Source of the DNA: Bacteroidota bacterium
GTDB taxonomy: Bacteria > Bacteroidota > Bacteroidia > NS11-12g > UBA9320
Length of the DNA stretch: 36,153 nucleotides
Direction: 5' to 3'
NCBI GenBank assembly: GCA_947499775.1
Contig: CANMPY010000001.1
Span: 1-36,153, forward strand
Shown here in pieces: positions 1 to 9,594 of this stretch; the first letter of the stretch is position 1, and each line of letters starts with the position of its first letter. The translations under genes and the position numbers were made by a program. The notes below the pieces were generated by a model. That model searched no databases and had not been told where the DNA came from. It saw only the letters and a program-made list of their open reading frames with translations.

Positions 1-28
1 AGATATTTTTATTAAAAAAAATATATTT

Positions 29-2494
29 ATGAAAAAGCTGTTTATTATTTTTTTAGTCCTTCAAGGATTAAAGGTTTCAGGTCAAACTATGACCGTCGTT
101 TCTATTTATAATTTATCCGATTCAACTGCACTTAGTGGGGCTAAAGTAGAGGTTAACTTTATAGCCCATACGCTTAAAAATATACAAGGTGTAAGTGAAG
201 CAAATGGAACAATTACCTTGAGTTTGCCTACTTCGGAAGCCTTTAATATTATAGTTAGTAAAGATGGATATAAGCCCATGTTTTATAAAATAAATCAGGC
301 ACCACAGCAACTAAACATTTATTTAAAACCTTTGGTATATGATGGCGAAGAGGTCATGGTTTCGGCTATTCGTGCAGGGCATTCAAGTTTAGCAACGTAT
401 TCGCAATTTTCAAAAAAAGAGTTAGCACTTCGTAATTTTGGTCAAGATCTTCCAATGCTGATACAATATATGCCTTCGGCAGTGTCGAGTAGTGATGCTG
501 GTGCAGGAATTGGTTATACGGGCATTCGAATTAGAGGAATTGATCCAAGCCGGATAAATGTAACGGTTAATGGTGTTCCGTTAAATGATGCCGAATCGCA
601 AGGCGTGTTTTGGGTTAATATGCCTGATTTTGCAAGCGGAGTCGAAAATATACAAGTGCAACGAGGAGCCGGAACCTCAACCAATGGTGCAGGGGCATTT
701 GGGGCGAGTATTCATATCAAAACGGATAAAGTTTCTGAAATCCCATTCTCTCAATTTAGTACATCGATTGGTAGTTTTAATACCAATAGGCAATCCATAA
801 AATTAGGAACTGGCCGAATGCAAAACAATTGGTATGCTGAGGGGCGGGTTTCATGGATTCGTTCCGATGGGTTTATTAACCGAGCTGCCTCTAATTTACA
901 AGCATGGTATTTTTCGACTGCCCACAAAACGGCAAAGAGCTTATTTCAGGTTAATGTATTTTCGGGCCACGAAAAAACCTATCAAGCTTGGAATGGGGTG
1001 CCTATGGTTAAATACAAAAAGGATACCTCAGGTGTAAATGCCTTGGTTGATTTTTTATGGTACGATAGTAGCAAAACGGCACAACTTAAACATGCCGATC
1101 CATTAAAATACAACTACTATACCTATAAAAATGAAACAGATAATTATAAACAGAGCCATTTTCAGGTAATATATAACCGCAGTTTGCGAAAAAACAGAAC
1201 GGTTAATTTGGTTGTTCACGGAACCCTAGGAAAAGGGTATTATGAAAATTTTGAAACCAAAACAAACCTAATTAACTATATGGATACCCCAGTAGTTCGT
1301 TATGGACTTTTTCATTATCAAGCCGATTTGATACGACAGCGATGGTTGGATAATCAGTTTGCTGGTGCAATTTTTTCTTATATAATTAAAAATGCGAGAA
1401 CTGATCAAACGGTTGGTGCTGCTATGAATTCATATACAGGCCGGCATTTTGGAAAGGTCATTTGGCACGAATTTATGAATTTAAATGAAGGCCCATTTAA
1501 CTACTACGACAACCATAGCCGAAAAACCGACGCCAGTGTTTTTTGGAAAGTTCAGCACAGGCTTTCAAAAGAAATCTCTGCATTTGCCGATTTGCAAGTA
1601 CGCCATATTTACTATTCTTGGTTTGGTCCATCTATGTCAGGATTTGTTCAAGGTGCGAATAGCCAACACACTATCTCCTATTTATTTTTTAATCCGAAGG
1701 TTGGTATTCAGTACCAACCCAAGAGCAATCAATTACTATATCTCACATATGGCAGAGCGAGCAGGGAGCCGGTGCGCGATGATTTTATTAACTCGTCGGC
1801 CATGAGTGCCCCGAAACCAGAATTTTTGAATAATGTGGAGGCTGCATTCAAAAGTAGCTATCGTGATTTAAATTTTACATTTACTGGATTTTATATGGGA
1901 TATAAAAATCAGTTAGCCCTATCTGGAAAAATTAACGATGTTGGCGGGTATTCGCGCATTAATATTCCGAAAAGCTATCGCGCCGGAATTGAATGTGAAG
2001 GTGTTTGGAAAATATCTACTTGGATAAATTGGAGTTTAAATTTAACCCTAAGCGTTAATAAAATTCAAAAATTTACAGAATATGTCGACGATTGGAGTAA
2101 TGGCGGGCAAAAGGCTATTGAGTGGAAAAATACAGATTTAGCGTTGTCGCCTAATAAAATTCTAGGATCTCACTTTAGCATTAAACCAACAGAAAATATG
2201 GGTATCCATTTGCTATCGAAAGGGGTTGGCCGACAATACCTCGACAATACTCAAACGGAAAGTCGAAGTCTTGATCCGTATATCATTCACGATATTATTT
2301 TTAACTATACCATGAAAACTAAATTATTAAAATTGTGCTCGATTGCTTTGATGATTAATAATATTAGTAATCAAGTTTATGCTTCCAATGGGTATACCTT
2401 CAGCGGAATTATTTCGGACGAACGCAAAGAATTTAATTTTGTATATCCACAAGCTGGAATAAATTATTTAGCACGGTTAGAGCTCTTATTTTAA
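29..2494 (+). CDS. TonB-dependent outer-membrane receptor with N-terminal carboxypeptidase-regulatory-like domain
   Basis: 821-aa ORF with signal peptide MKKLFIIFLVLQGLKVSGQ. It has a small Ig-like N-domain (VSKDGYKPMFYKI) and plug-domain motifs (GIRIRGIDPSRINVTVNGVPLNDAESQGVFW; IQVQRGAGTSTNGAGAFGASIHIKT). A long Tyr/Gly/Asn-rich beta-barrel ends in an aromatic C-terminus (ARLELLF). Confidence 0.85.
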   Translation: MKKLFIIFLVLQGLKVSGQTMTVVSIYNLSDSTALSGAKVEVNFIAHTLKNIQGVSEANGTITLSLPTSEAFNIIVSKDGYKPMFYKINQAPQQLNIYLKPLVYDGEEVMVSAIRAGHSSLATYSQFSKKELALRNFGQDLPMLIQYMPSAVSSSDAGAGIGYTGIRIRGIDPSRINVTVNGVPLNDAESQGVFWVNMPDFASGVENIQVQRGAGTSTNGAGAFGASIHIKTDKVSEIPFSQFSTSIGSFNTNRQSIKLGTGRMQNNWYAEGRVSWIRSDGFINRAASNLQAWYFSTAHKTAKSLFQVNVFSGHEKTYQAWNGVPMVKYKKDTSGVNALVDFLWYDSSKTAQLKHADPLKYNYYTYKNETDNYKQSHFQVIYNRSLRKNRTVNLVVHGTLGKGYYENFETKTNLINYMDTPVVRYGLFHYQADLIRQRWLDNQFAGAIFSYIIKNARTDQTVGAAMNSYTGRHFGKVIWHEFMNLNEGPFNYYDNHSRKTDASVFWKVQHRLSKEISAFADLQVRHIYYSWFGPSMSGFVQGANSQHTISYLFFNPKVGIQYQPKSNQLLYLTYGRASREPVRDDFINSSAMSAPKPEFLNNVEAAFKSSYRDLNFTFTGFYMGYKNQLALSGKINDVGGYSRINIPKSYRAGIECEGVWKISTWINWSLNLTLSVNKIQKFTEYVDDWSNGGQKAIEWKNTDLALSPNKILGSHFSIKPTENMGIHLLSKGVGRQYLDNTQTESRSLDPYIIHDIIFNYTMKTKLLKLCSIALMINNISNQVYASNGYTFSGIISDERKEFNFVYPQAGINYLARLELLF

Positions 2495-2504
2495 TATTAT
2501 TTTT

Positions 2505-2562
2505 AACCTTTAACCTTTCCTACTTTAACCTTTTCTACTTTAACCTTTAACCTTTAACCCTT
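2505..2562 (+). repeat. Tandem AACCTTT heptamer / 15-mer array inside an 87-nt G-free tract (2483-2569)
   Basis: Read directly: aaccttt aaccttt cctacttt aacctttt ctacttt aaccttt aaccttt aaccctt. It starts 11 nt after the receptor stop codon and overlaps the last codons and stop of the convergent TPR gene. Confidence 0.9.
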
Positions 2563-4364
2563 CCCTCTAGTTCTTCTTTAAGGGCCTTTTGTCTTTTACG
2601 GGCTTCAACCGAAAACAAACTGCTTGTATAATCGAAGATCAGCTTTTCATAGGTATCTTTGGCTTTCTGTTTATCCTTAAGTTTAAAGTCGTAAATACGC
2701 GCCAAATGATACAGTGCATTGTCGGCTAAAATGTCATATCCATATTGTGAAACGATGGCTTCATAGAATTTTATGGCTTGCGGTAAATTTTTTTGTTTTT
2801 CCATGGTTCGCGCTTTGGCAAATAAAATATCATCATCCAAATCGTGTTTGGGAAATTTATAAGGAAACAGATTTAACAATTCCATAGCCTTTGTCAAGTT
2901 ATTTTGAAAGATCAATAAATCAGCTTTTGCAAATTCTTCTAAGGCGTTGGTAGTGCTATCGAATCCTGTGTTTTCTTGGATCATTAAACTTAATTCAATG
3001 GCATCATTGGAAATGAGTTGAGAGGTGGCTGTTTTTAAAATATCCAACTGTTCTTTGGCCCAATCAAAATCAGCATTAAAATAGGAAAGGCGTGCATTTC
3101 TGAATTTTGCTTCTTGGCCAAGGGGGTCTTCTTTATAGTCTTTATCAACCTGACTGTAGAGTAATTGGGCTTCCCAGATATCGCCGCTTACTAAATAGGC
3201 GTCGGCCAACTGAAGTTTGGTTTCGGCTACAAACCGAGGCTGAACCCCCGGGATGGTATTAATTTCCTCCAAAAAAGATATGGCTTTGGCTATATCATGT
3301 TGGTAAAACATATATAAATCGGCCAATTCTTTAATATAAAGAGAGGTATTACTCGTTTTGCCAAAGGTGGATAAAAACTGAATAATTTCGGCAACGGTTG
3401 CATTTACATAAGCCGAACTATCGTTAATTCCTGTGGTAATTATTTGATATTTTACATCTAAAAGTCCATAGTTGGCATTGGCAAAATTTGCACCCACTTC
3501 GCCATATAGCATTACATTATTATAACATTTAACTGCCGTTGTGTAATCTTGGTTGCTTAAGCAAATTTCAGCCAAATCAATCAGGCGGTTACCATCCCCT
3601 CTTTCGCGTTTATCAATAGCATTACTCTGACGAAACGCACCTTCAAAATCTCTGTTTTGGACAAAGGTCCAAATAAATAAATCGTCAAAAATTGGACGGT
3701 TAGGATACTTTTGAATAGCCAATAAGCAATTTTCTTTTAAAAAATCAATATCCGATGTATTTTCAAAAACGCGATATAAATAGCCTTTTACTTTTTCTAG
3801 GTTCTCATCTGATTCAATGATTAAAGCAAAACATTCGGGTATAAGGGCTTTATTACGTTTTGTTAGCACATATAAATCCAATAAATTCTCAGCGTAAAGT
3901 GTCTCTATTTTAGTGGCCTTTCGTGCAGTTATATAAGCGCTTATAGACAAATCTGGCAAATCGCGACGCAAAAACGCGGTAGCCAGCTGCAGGCATGGGT
4001 TAGGGTTTTTAATAAGGGATTCTATTAGTGAATTATAAATTGCAAATGCTTCAGTTGTTCTATTTTGTTGCTGCAATAAATACCCTTGATCTACTTTATA
4101 AAAATAATTATCCTGAAAGCGTTTTGCTTGCCGTTTTACCATTTTTTCGGCCTCTGAATAATCCTTTAACTCAAGGTAGCAGGTCAATAAATTTTGATAA
4201 TAATAGGGGGAGGTGTAATCTTTTTTTAATAGCTTTTCATAAAGAATAATAGCTTTGTCAAATTCTTTATTATTCAAAAATTCAGCGGCTAACTCCTCAT
4301 CATTCCCTTGGCACAAGGCTGCCAGTGGTAGCAAAAATAAAAGTAAAAAGCCGATGCATTTCAT
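2547..4364 (-). CDS. Secreted tetratricopeptide (TPR) repeat protein
   Basis: 605-aa ORF with signal peptide MKCIGFLLLFLLPLAALCQG. Repeated 34-aa-type helical motifs rich in A/Y/L run throughout (e.g. FDKAIILYEKLL, DYSEAEKMVKRQ, DYTTAVKCYNNV, IAKAISFLEEI, LPQAIKFYEAIV). Confidence 0.8.
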   Translation of the reverse strand: MKCIGFLLLFLLPLAALCQGNDEELAAEFLNNKEFDKAIILYEKLLKKDYTSPYYYQNLLTCYLELKDYSEAEKMVKRQAKRFQDNYFYKVDQGYLLQQQNRTTEAFAIYNSLIESLIKNPNPCLQLATAFLRRDLPDLSISAYITARKATKIETLYAENLLDLYVLTKRNKALIPECFALIIESDENLEKVKGYLYRVFENTSDIDFLKENCLLAIQKYPNRPIFDDLFIWTFVQNRDFEGAFRQSNAIDKRERGDGNRLIDLAEICLSNQDYTTAVKCYNNVMLYGEVGANFANANYGLLDVKYQIITTGINDSSAYVNATVAEIIQFLSTFGKTSNTSLYIKELADLYMFYQHDIAKAISFLEEINTIPGVQPRFVAETKLQLADAYLVSGDIWEAQLLYSQVDKDYKEDPLGQEAKFRNARLSYFNADFDWAKEQLDILKTATSQLISNDAIELSLMIQENTGFDSTTNALEEFAKADLLIFQNNLTKAMELLNLFPYKFPKHDLDDDILFAKARTMEKQKNLPQAIKFYEAIVSQYGYDILADNALYHLARIYDFKLKDKQKAKDTYEKLIFDYTSSLFSVEARKRQKALKEELEGRVKG

Positions 4365-4475
4365 CTTACTGCAAATATCAAACGTTATTGATAATAAATT
4401 GTTGTTTCTAGTATAAATCGAAGGATAAAATTTTTAAACGTTAGGTTTTTAAAATCAACCACTCTAAAATAGGAT

Positions 4476-4483
4476 TATCTTTG
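4476..4483 (+). promoter_or_regulatory. Bacteroidota-type -7 promoter box (TAnnTTTG) upstream of hscA
   Basis: TATCTTTG lies 11 nt upstream of the ATG at 4494 and matches the Bacteroidota sigma-A -7 consensus TAnnTTTG. No clear -33 TTG was seen. Confidence 0.4.
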
Positions 4484-4493
4484 CATCGCAATC

Positions 4494-6371
4494 ATGGCCA
4501 TAATACCAATAAATATTAAAGAAGGAACGCTTAAATTAGAGGACTATATTATAGGGATCGACCTAGGTACTACCAATAGTTTAGTGGCTATTATTGACCG
4601 CATATCTGGAAAGCCAAAAGCAATTGCAGGCCAAAATTCTGAGGTTATTGTGCCCTCGATAGTTTATCTAAATCCGAATGGTGAAATACTTGTGGGCGAG
4701 GATGCTAAACCTTTTTTAGTTGACGACCCCCACAATACTATTTTTTCGGTAAAACGGTTAATGGGTAAATCGTATTCGGATGTTGTAATTTCAGATTCGT
4801 CAATTGGATATAAATTAATTGATGACAATTCTGAAAGTCTTGTAAAAATAAAATCGGGCGACAAATTTTATACTCCCATAGAATTATCGTCTTTTATTTT
4901 AAAAGATTTAAAGAAGAAAGCGGAAAGGCATTTGGGAGCAAAAATTAGCAAGGCAGTTATAACAGTTCCAGCTTATTTTAATGACGCGCAACGTCAAGCC
5001 ACGCGTGATGCTGGAAAATTAGCAGGATTGGATGTATTGCGCATTGTAAACGAACCTACAGCTGCGAGTTTGGCTTATGGTATTGGATTAAATCCTGAAG
5101 AGGGAAAAACAGTAGCAGTATATGATTTAGGTGGAGGCACGTTTGATATTTCCATCTTAAAAATACATCAAGGGGTATTTGAAGTATTGTCAACTCATGG
5201 CAATACACAGTTAGGAGGCGATGATTTTGATAATGCTATAATAAAATTTTGGAGCGACACCAATTCTGAAATTAGAAATGCGACACAGCTTCCATTGCTT
5301 TTACCAAAATTAAGGCTGATGGCCGAAGACGCAAAAAAACAGCTTTCAGGAGCAATGAATTTTGAAGGCGTATTGACCACTGAAAACTTGGCAATCCCAT
5401 TGTCATTAAGTCGAGAAGATTTTGAGCAATTGATAAAACCATTGGTTGATAAAACGATCGAATCGTGCAAGCAAGCAATGAAAGATGCCGATTTGCGTTG
5501 TATTGAACTCGATGAAATTATAATGGTTGGGGGCAGTACAAGGATAGAATTTGTTCAAAATGAAGTAAAGAAATTCTTTAATAAATTAAGCATTAATACG
5601 GCTTTAAATCCAGATGAGGTTGTGGCTTTAGGGGCAGCCATCGAAGCCGATATTTTGGCAGGAAATAGAAGGGATATTTTGCTGGTGGATGTTACACCGC
5701 TATCGCTAGGCATTGAAACTTTAGGGGGTTTAATGGATGTTATCATCCCGAGAAACTCGAAAGTACCACAAAGAGCTGCTAGGCAATACACCACATCTGT
5801 TGATGGGCAAGGCACATTGCGCATATGCATTTATCAAGGCGAGCGCGATAATATTGTTCATAATAGAAAATTAGGAGAATTTTTATTATCAGGGGTTCCA
5901 GGTATGCCAGCAGGTATGCCAAAAATTGAAATAACATTTATGCTTGATGCCGATGGAATTTTAAAGGTTGGGGCTCAAGAACTGAGGAGCGGAGTAGAGC
6001 AGCATATTGAAGTAAAGCCTCAATATGGTTTGACTGATAAAGATTTGGAACAAATGTTACTTGATTCGATGGTTAATGCTAAAGATGATTTGAATTACCG
6101 CTCGCTACAGGAAGCCAAAACAGAGGCTCAGAATTTAAACTACGCCACCCTTAATTTTATTAATAAAAACAAAACCGAATTGTCGGAATCGGAATTAGAG
6201 AAAACCAAAAGCTATATAGATTTATTAAAAGCAGCAATTAGTACCGAAAATAAAGATCAAATTTTGAAAGCCCATGATGAACTCAATGATTTTACAAAAC
6301 CCTATGCCGAAAGGCTCATGGACAAAGCCATTGTTATGGCACTTAAAGGCAAAACAATTGAAGATAATTAA
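4494..6371 (+). CDS. hscA: Hsp70-family chaperone, HscA-like
   Basis: 625-aa ORF with the HscA-type phosphate-1 motif [13 protein letters not shown]. Other motifs are [76 protein letters not shown] and [10 protein letters not shown], followed by a substrate-binding domain and helical lid. Confidence 0.8.
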   Translation: MAIIPINIKEGTLKLEDYIIGIDLGTTNSLVAIIDRISGKPKAIAGQNSEVIVPSIVYLNPNGEILVGEDAKPFLVDDPHNTIFSVKRLMGKSYSDVVISDSSIGYKLIDDNSESLVKIKSGDKFYTPIELSSFILKDLKKKAERHLGAKISKAVITVPAYFNDAQRQATRDAGKLAGLDVLRIVNEPTAASLAYGIGLNPEEGKTVAVYDLGGGTFDISILKIHQGVFEVLSTHGNTQLGGDDFDNAIIKFWSDTNSEIRNATQLPLLLPKLRLMAEDAKKQLSGAMNFEGVLTTENLAIPLSLSREDFEQLIKPLVDKTIESCKQAMKDADLRCIELDEIIMVGGSTRIEFVQNEVKKFFNKLSINTALNPDEVVALGAAIEADILAGNRRDILLVDVTPLSLGIETLGGLMDVIIPRNSKVPQRAARQYTTSVDGQGTLRICIYQGERDNIVHNRKLGEFLLSGVPGMPAGMPKIEITFMLDADGILKVGAQELRSGVEQHIEVKPQYGLTDKDLEQMLLDSMVNAKDDLNYRSLQEAKTEAQNLNYATLNFINKNKTELSESELEKTKSYIDLLKAAISTENKDQILKAHDELNDFTKPYAERLMDKAIVMALKGKTIEDN

Positions 6372-6378
6372 ACTGTAT

Positions 6379-7011
6379 TTGCTTATTTTAGTTGGGCTAT
6401 TTGCTGCTCAACAGTCCTATGCCCAAGAGTATATGGATGGTGAAAAATTTCGCGTTGGTCTTAAAGTAGGACCTAACTTTGGGATGCTAACTGGAACTGC
6501 ACTAACAAAACCGGCTGTTGATAATGGATTTTCGGGAGGCTTGTATTATAAGAATAAACTAAAAAACGGGCTTCATTTTCAAACCGAGATTAGTCCAACT
6601 ATTCGAAATTCCAAATTTTCGAATACATCTGATACTGGCTACACAAAAATAAGCTTGTTCTATATTGATTTTGCGCAGGTGTTGGTCAAAGATCTTAAAA
6701 AGGGGAGCCATACCCATTGTGCCGTTGTAGGCATTCAGCCTTCAGTTTTAATACAGTCATGGCTTTATAATTCATATTATTTATTATCGCCGGCCTCAAG
6801 AGATATTAAACTTAAGGGTATGGATGTATTCGTTTTGGTGGGTTACCACTATAATAAAAGGGTATATGGCATTCAGTCGGTTTTAAAAATTGGAATAACG
6901 AATATCAATAGGGGCCTAAATATGTACGACGACGAAGGGCATCATTTGGGGCCAACCAATGATTTGGGGACTATTCGAAATTTCACTTGGGAAACCACAA
7001 TTTCATTTTAA
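6379..7011 (+). CDS. Outer-membrane beta-barrel (porin-family-like) protein; start uncertain
   Basis: The frame stays open across the hscA stop. A signal-peptide-like LYLLILVGLFAAQQSYAQ is followed by alternating beta-strand sequence (FRVGLKVGPNFGML, GFSGGLYYK, LHFQTEISP) and a C-terminal aromatic (TTISF). The only standard start after the hscA stop is TTG 6379. ATT 6367 would give [20 protein letters not shown], and ATG 6433 lies after the signal peptide. Confidence 0.55.
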   Translation: MLILVGLFAAQQSYAQEYMDGEKFRVGLKVGPNFGMLTGTALTKPAVDNGFSGGLYYKNKLKNGLHFQTEISPTIRNSKFSNTSDTGYTKISLFYIDFAQVLVKDLKKGSHTHCAVVGIQPSVLIQSWLYNSYYLLSPASRDIKLKGMDVFVLVGYHYNKRVYGIQSVLKIGITNINRGLNMYDDEGHHLGPTNDLGTIRNFTWETTISF

Positions 7012-7024
7012 ATATTTTGTAATT

Positions 7025-8287
7025 ATGGGAGAAATTATGGCAAATGGCCAACCGAAGGTTGCCATTATTGGAGGTGGTGCTGCGGGTTTTTTTTGTGCTG
7101 CCATACTATCCGAAACGATTCCGGCGCATAATATTATCATTTTTGAAAGGGCCGAGAATGTTCTTCAAAAGGTAAAAATTTCTGGTGGTGGGCGATGCAA
7201 CGTTACCCATGCTTGCTTCGAACCTAAGGAATTAGTAAAAAATTATCCTCGAGGAACCAAAGAATTATTGGGGCCATTCTACACGTTCGACGCCTCCAAT
7301 ACAACGGAATGGTTTGAAAAACAAGGTATAGCATTAAAAACCGAACCTGATGGCCGCATGTTTCCAAAAACCGACTCTTCGCAAACTATTATTGACTGTT
7401 TGTGGAAAGCGACAGTTTTAAAAGGAGTTGCACTAAAGGCACGATGCGGTGTAAACCAATTAAAGGTTGAGAATAATAAGTGGAGCATAAGCACCGATAA
7501 GGGACAATTTGAAGCAGATGCCGTGGTTATAGCCACTGGAAGCAGCCCCCAGTTTTGGAATATACTTGCCAAAGCCACAAACCATAGTTTTGTAGCCCCT
7601 GTACCGTCATTGTTCACCTTTAATACGCATTCAAATTTATTTAATAACCTCTCTGGTGTAGCAATTCAGAACGCTGAAATAAAAATTGACGATAGCAAAT
7701 TTAGTGCTACAGGACCTGTTTTAATAACCCATTGGGGATTGAGCGGTCCAGCAATTTTGAAACTTAGCGCTTGGGGTGCACGTTGGTTGAATGATAAAAA
7801 TTATCAGTTTACACTCACAATTAATTGGAAACCGGGATGGAACAAGCATCAAGCATTCGAATGGTTGATGGAGATGAAAAAACACCACCCCAAGAAAAAA
7901 TTAGCTACCCTAAATCCTGAATTGCCAACCCGATTTTGGCATAGTTTAATTCTTAATACCCTCGGCAATGAAGAACGATTATTGGCCGATGTACCGCATT
8001 TGCTTTTTGAAAAAATAGCGGCTGCTTTAACGTCATGCTCGATAGAAATATCAGGCAAAAGCACGTTTAAAGATGAATTTGTAACCGCTGGAGGTGTTGC
8101 ACTTAATGAAATAGATTTCAAAACCTTTCAAAGTAAATTGCATCCTGGATTATTTTTTGCGGGAGAAGTTTTAAATATTGACGCCATAACAGGAGGATTC
8201 AATTTTCAAGCGGCATGGACAAGTGGTTTTATGGCCGCCAAAGGCATTATGCAATTTCTGCAAAACACCGAAATTGATGATAATTAG
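7025..8287 (+). CDS. NAD(P)/FAD-dependent oxidoreductase, HI0933/YhiN (BaiN-like) family
   Basis: Rossmann motif VAIIGGGAAGFFCAA lies just after the ATG at 7025. The family-typical ISGGGRCNVTHA, GRMFP and C-terminal LFFAGEVLNIDAITGGFNFQAAWTSG are present. The longer ORF start at 6959 overlaps the upstream gene and is rejected. Confidence 0.85.
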   Translation: MGEIMANGQPKVAIIGGGAAGFFCAAILSETIPAHNIIIFERAENVLQKVKISGGGRCNVTHACFEPKELVKNYPRGTKELLGPFYTFDASNTTEWFEKQGIALKTEPDGRMFPKTDSSQTIIDCLWKATVLKGVALKARCGVNQLKVENNKWSISTDKGQFEADAVVIATGSSPQFWNILAKATNHSFVAPVPSLFTFNTHSNLFNNLSGVAIQNAEIKIDDSKFSATGPVLITHWGLSGPAILKLSAWGARWLNDKNYQFTLTINWKPGWNKHQAFEWLMEMKKHHPKKKLATLNPELPTRFWHSLILNTLGNEERLLADVPHLLFEKIAAALTSCSIEISGKSTFKDEFVTAGGVALNEIDFKTFQSKLHPGLFFAGEVLNIDAITGGFNFQAAWTSGFMAAKGIMQFLQNTEIDDN

Positions 8288-8298
8288 AGGGGCTGATT

Positions 8299-9561
8299 CT
8301 ATTCCAAAGTAAGAATAAAAATAGAACCTTTTCCCAAATTTTCGGCATGTAATTCAAGCGTTTCATAATTGGTTTTTATCCAAGTATCCCAAAAAGGATC
8401 TGCTTTTAATCGATCGAGATTAGCATAAATATAATAATCTGGCAAGGCTTGATTAGAGAGCAACGGCGTTGAATGTTCTGAAGCAATTATATAAGATGTA
8501 TTGATTTCATTTAAGGTTAATTTAAAAATATCCAAACCTAATGATATTGGCCTGTCCCTGTTGACTTCGTCTTTAACCTTTTTAACAAATTCTAAGCGCA
8601 TGCCTGGAAAAGTTTGATATTGATGAATAATTTTTTGAGTCAATTGAAACTCAGCATCCAAGTTATACCGAACAATTTCTTGGTAGGTTGAAAGCGTATC
8701 TAATACTTCAGCATACAAATGAACGACTGACTTATTAATAATTCTGTTAATGCTATCCATAGCCAAGTTGGGTATAAATTTTATTTTCGACACAGGCTGA
8801 CTGTCAATTGGCCAACTCAATACAGCAATATTTTTAGGTTTATGCTTTGGTAAACCAAGCTTGCCTAAAAGTTTCATTCTGCGCTGAATAAAATATAATT
8901 CTGTTTTAGTAGCACTTTTTTTTACACCCGCAAAAGCTTTCCCATACAAAGGAATATAGGGGTAATTAATAATGAAATTGCGATCAATAATAATAAAGCC
9001 ATAAATAAGACAGCCGTTAAGCTTGGGATGATGCATATCTATGGCAGTTAATTTCTTAATCGTTGGATTAAAAAAATCAAAATTCTCATTGACCAAAGCT
9101 GAATTTAATACCAAATATGGCCATTTGTAATTCAAGTATAATTGATCGGATATTTTAACTTGGTTGAAATTTTTGAATTTGGTTTCGTGCCACTTATTTT
9201 TTTTAATTAGCTGTGCAATAACCTCTTCATTTTTTCCAATCCATGCTATATTTAAATCTTCGTTTTTTTCGCCAAAAATAGCCAAGTCGCCTAAGCTATT
9301 TAAACCAATGGCATGGTATATTTTTAAAGCATTTTTGGGAAGTTTATTTTTTAGTTTTATAAAAAATGCATCTTTTTGCGCGTTTTCCAAAAAATCAGAT
9401 TCTTTAAATACCTGAGTCTTATCAATAGTAAAGCAATACGTTACATCGGAGGGTATTTTGGTTAAAACAGTGCTCTTGGGCTTATTAAGTAAATAAAATA
9501 CAAGAGCTATAACTGCTAAGACAGAAATTATAATCAGACCATATTTAAAATACCGTTTCAA
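8299..9561 (-). CDS. Hypothetical membrane-anchored protein (possible DUF4836-like paralog of the 10537-11649 product)
   Basis: 420-aa ORF with a TTG start and N-terminal TM helix YGLIIISVLAVIALVFYLL. The following KIPSDVTYCFTIDKTQVF...GLNSLGDLAIFG resembles the N-terminal layout of the 370-aa ORF upstream. It is the last gene of a four-gene minus-strand operon. Confidence 0.55.
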   Translation of the reverse strand: MKRYFKYGLIIISVLAVIALVFYLLNKPKSTVLTKIPSDVTYCFTIDKTQVFKESDFLENAQKDAFFIKLKNKLPKNALKIYHAIGLNSLGDLAIFGEKNEDLNIAWIGKNEEVIAQLIKKNKWHETKFKNFNQVKISDQLYLNYKWPYLVLNSALVNENFDFFNPTIKKLTAIDMHHPKLNGCLIYGFIIIDRNFIINYPYIPLYGKAFAGVKKSATKTELYFIQRRMKLLGKLGLPKHKPKNIAVLSWPIDSQPVSKIKFIPNLAMDSINRIINKSVVHLYAEVLDTLSTYQEIVRYNLDAEFQLTQKIIHQYQTFPGMRLEFVKKVKDEVNRDRPISLGLDIFKLTLNEINTSYIIASEHSTPLLSNQALPDYYIYANLDRLKADPFWDTWIKTNYETLELHAENLGKGSIFILTLE

Positions 9562-9594
9562 GGCAAATGCAGACTGCTAATTTATACCAATTTT

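Noticed and set aside
2505-2562. Short tandem repeats that might be taken for a CRISPR array (also 21013-21106)
   Set aside because: The units are 7-15 nt, or two 47-nt units, directly abutting with no unique spacers. There is no palindromic repeat core and there are no cas genes. It is a simple strand-biased tandem repeat, not CRISPR.
5195-5830. Antisense ORFs nested within hscA (5195-5470, 5272-5478, 5555-5830); similar nested ORFs lie at 122-310, 585-1037, 1485-1805, 4028-4249, 4664-4864, 7279-7617, 7849-8121, 9164-9415, 9653-9985, 10801-11022, 11465-11653, 13730-13960, 14548-14889, 16250-16438, 17317-17601, 18368-18556, 21564-21749, 22568-22960, 23483-23785, 25478-25723, 25890-26165, 28576-28773, 29624-29830, 30458-30643, 31616-31840, 32249-32434, 35821-36009
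   Set aside because: All lie entirely within, or antisense to, longer ORFs that have strong family motifs. They have low-complexity or atypical composition and no recognisable domains.
6274-6366. ATG starts inside hscA for the downstream OMP gene, and the 6959 start for the flavoprotein ORF
   Set aside because: They would create 68-98 nt (or 53 nt) same-strand overlaps and add non-signal-like residues ahead of clear signal or Rossmann N-termini.
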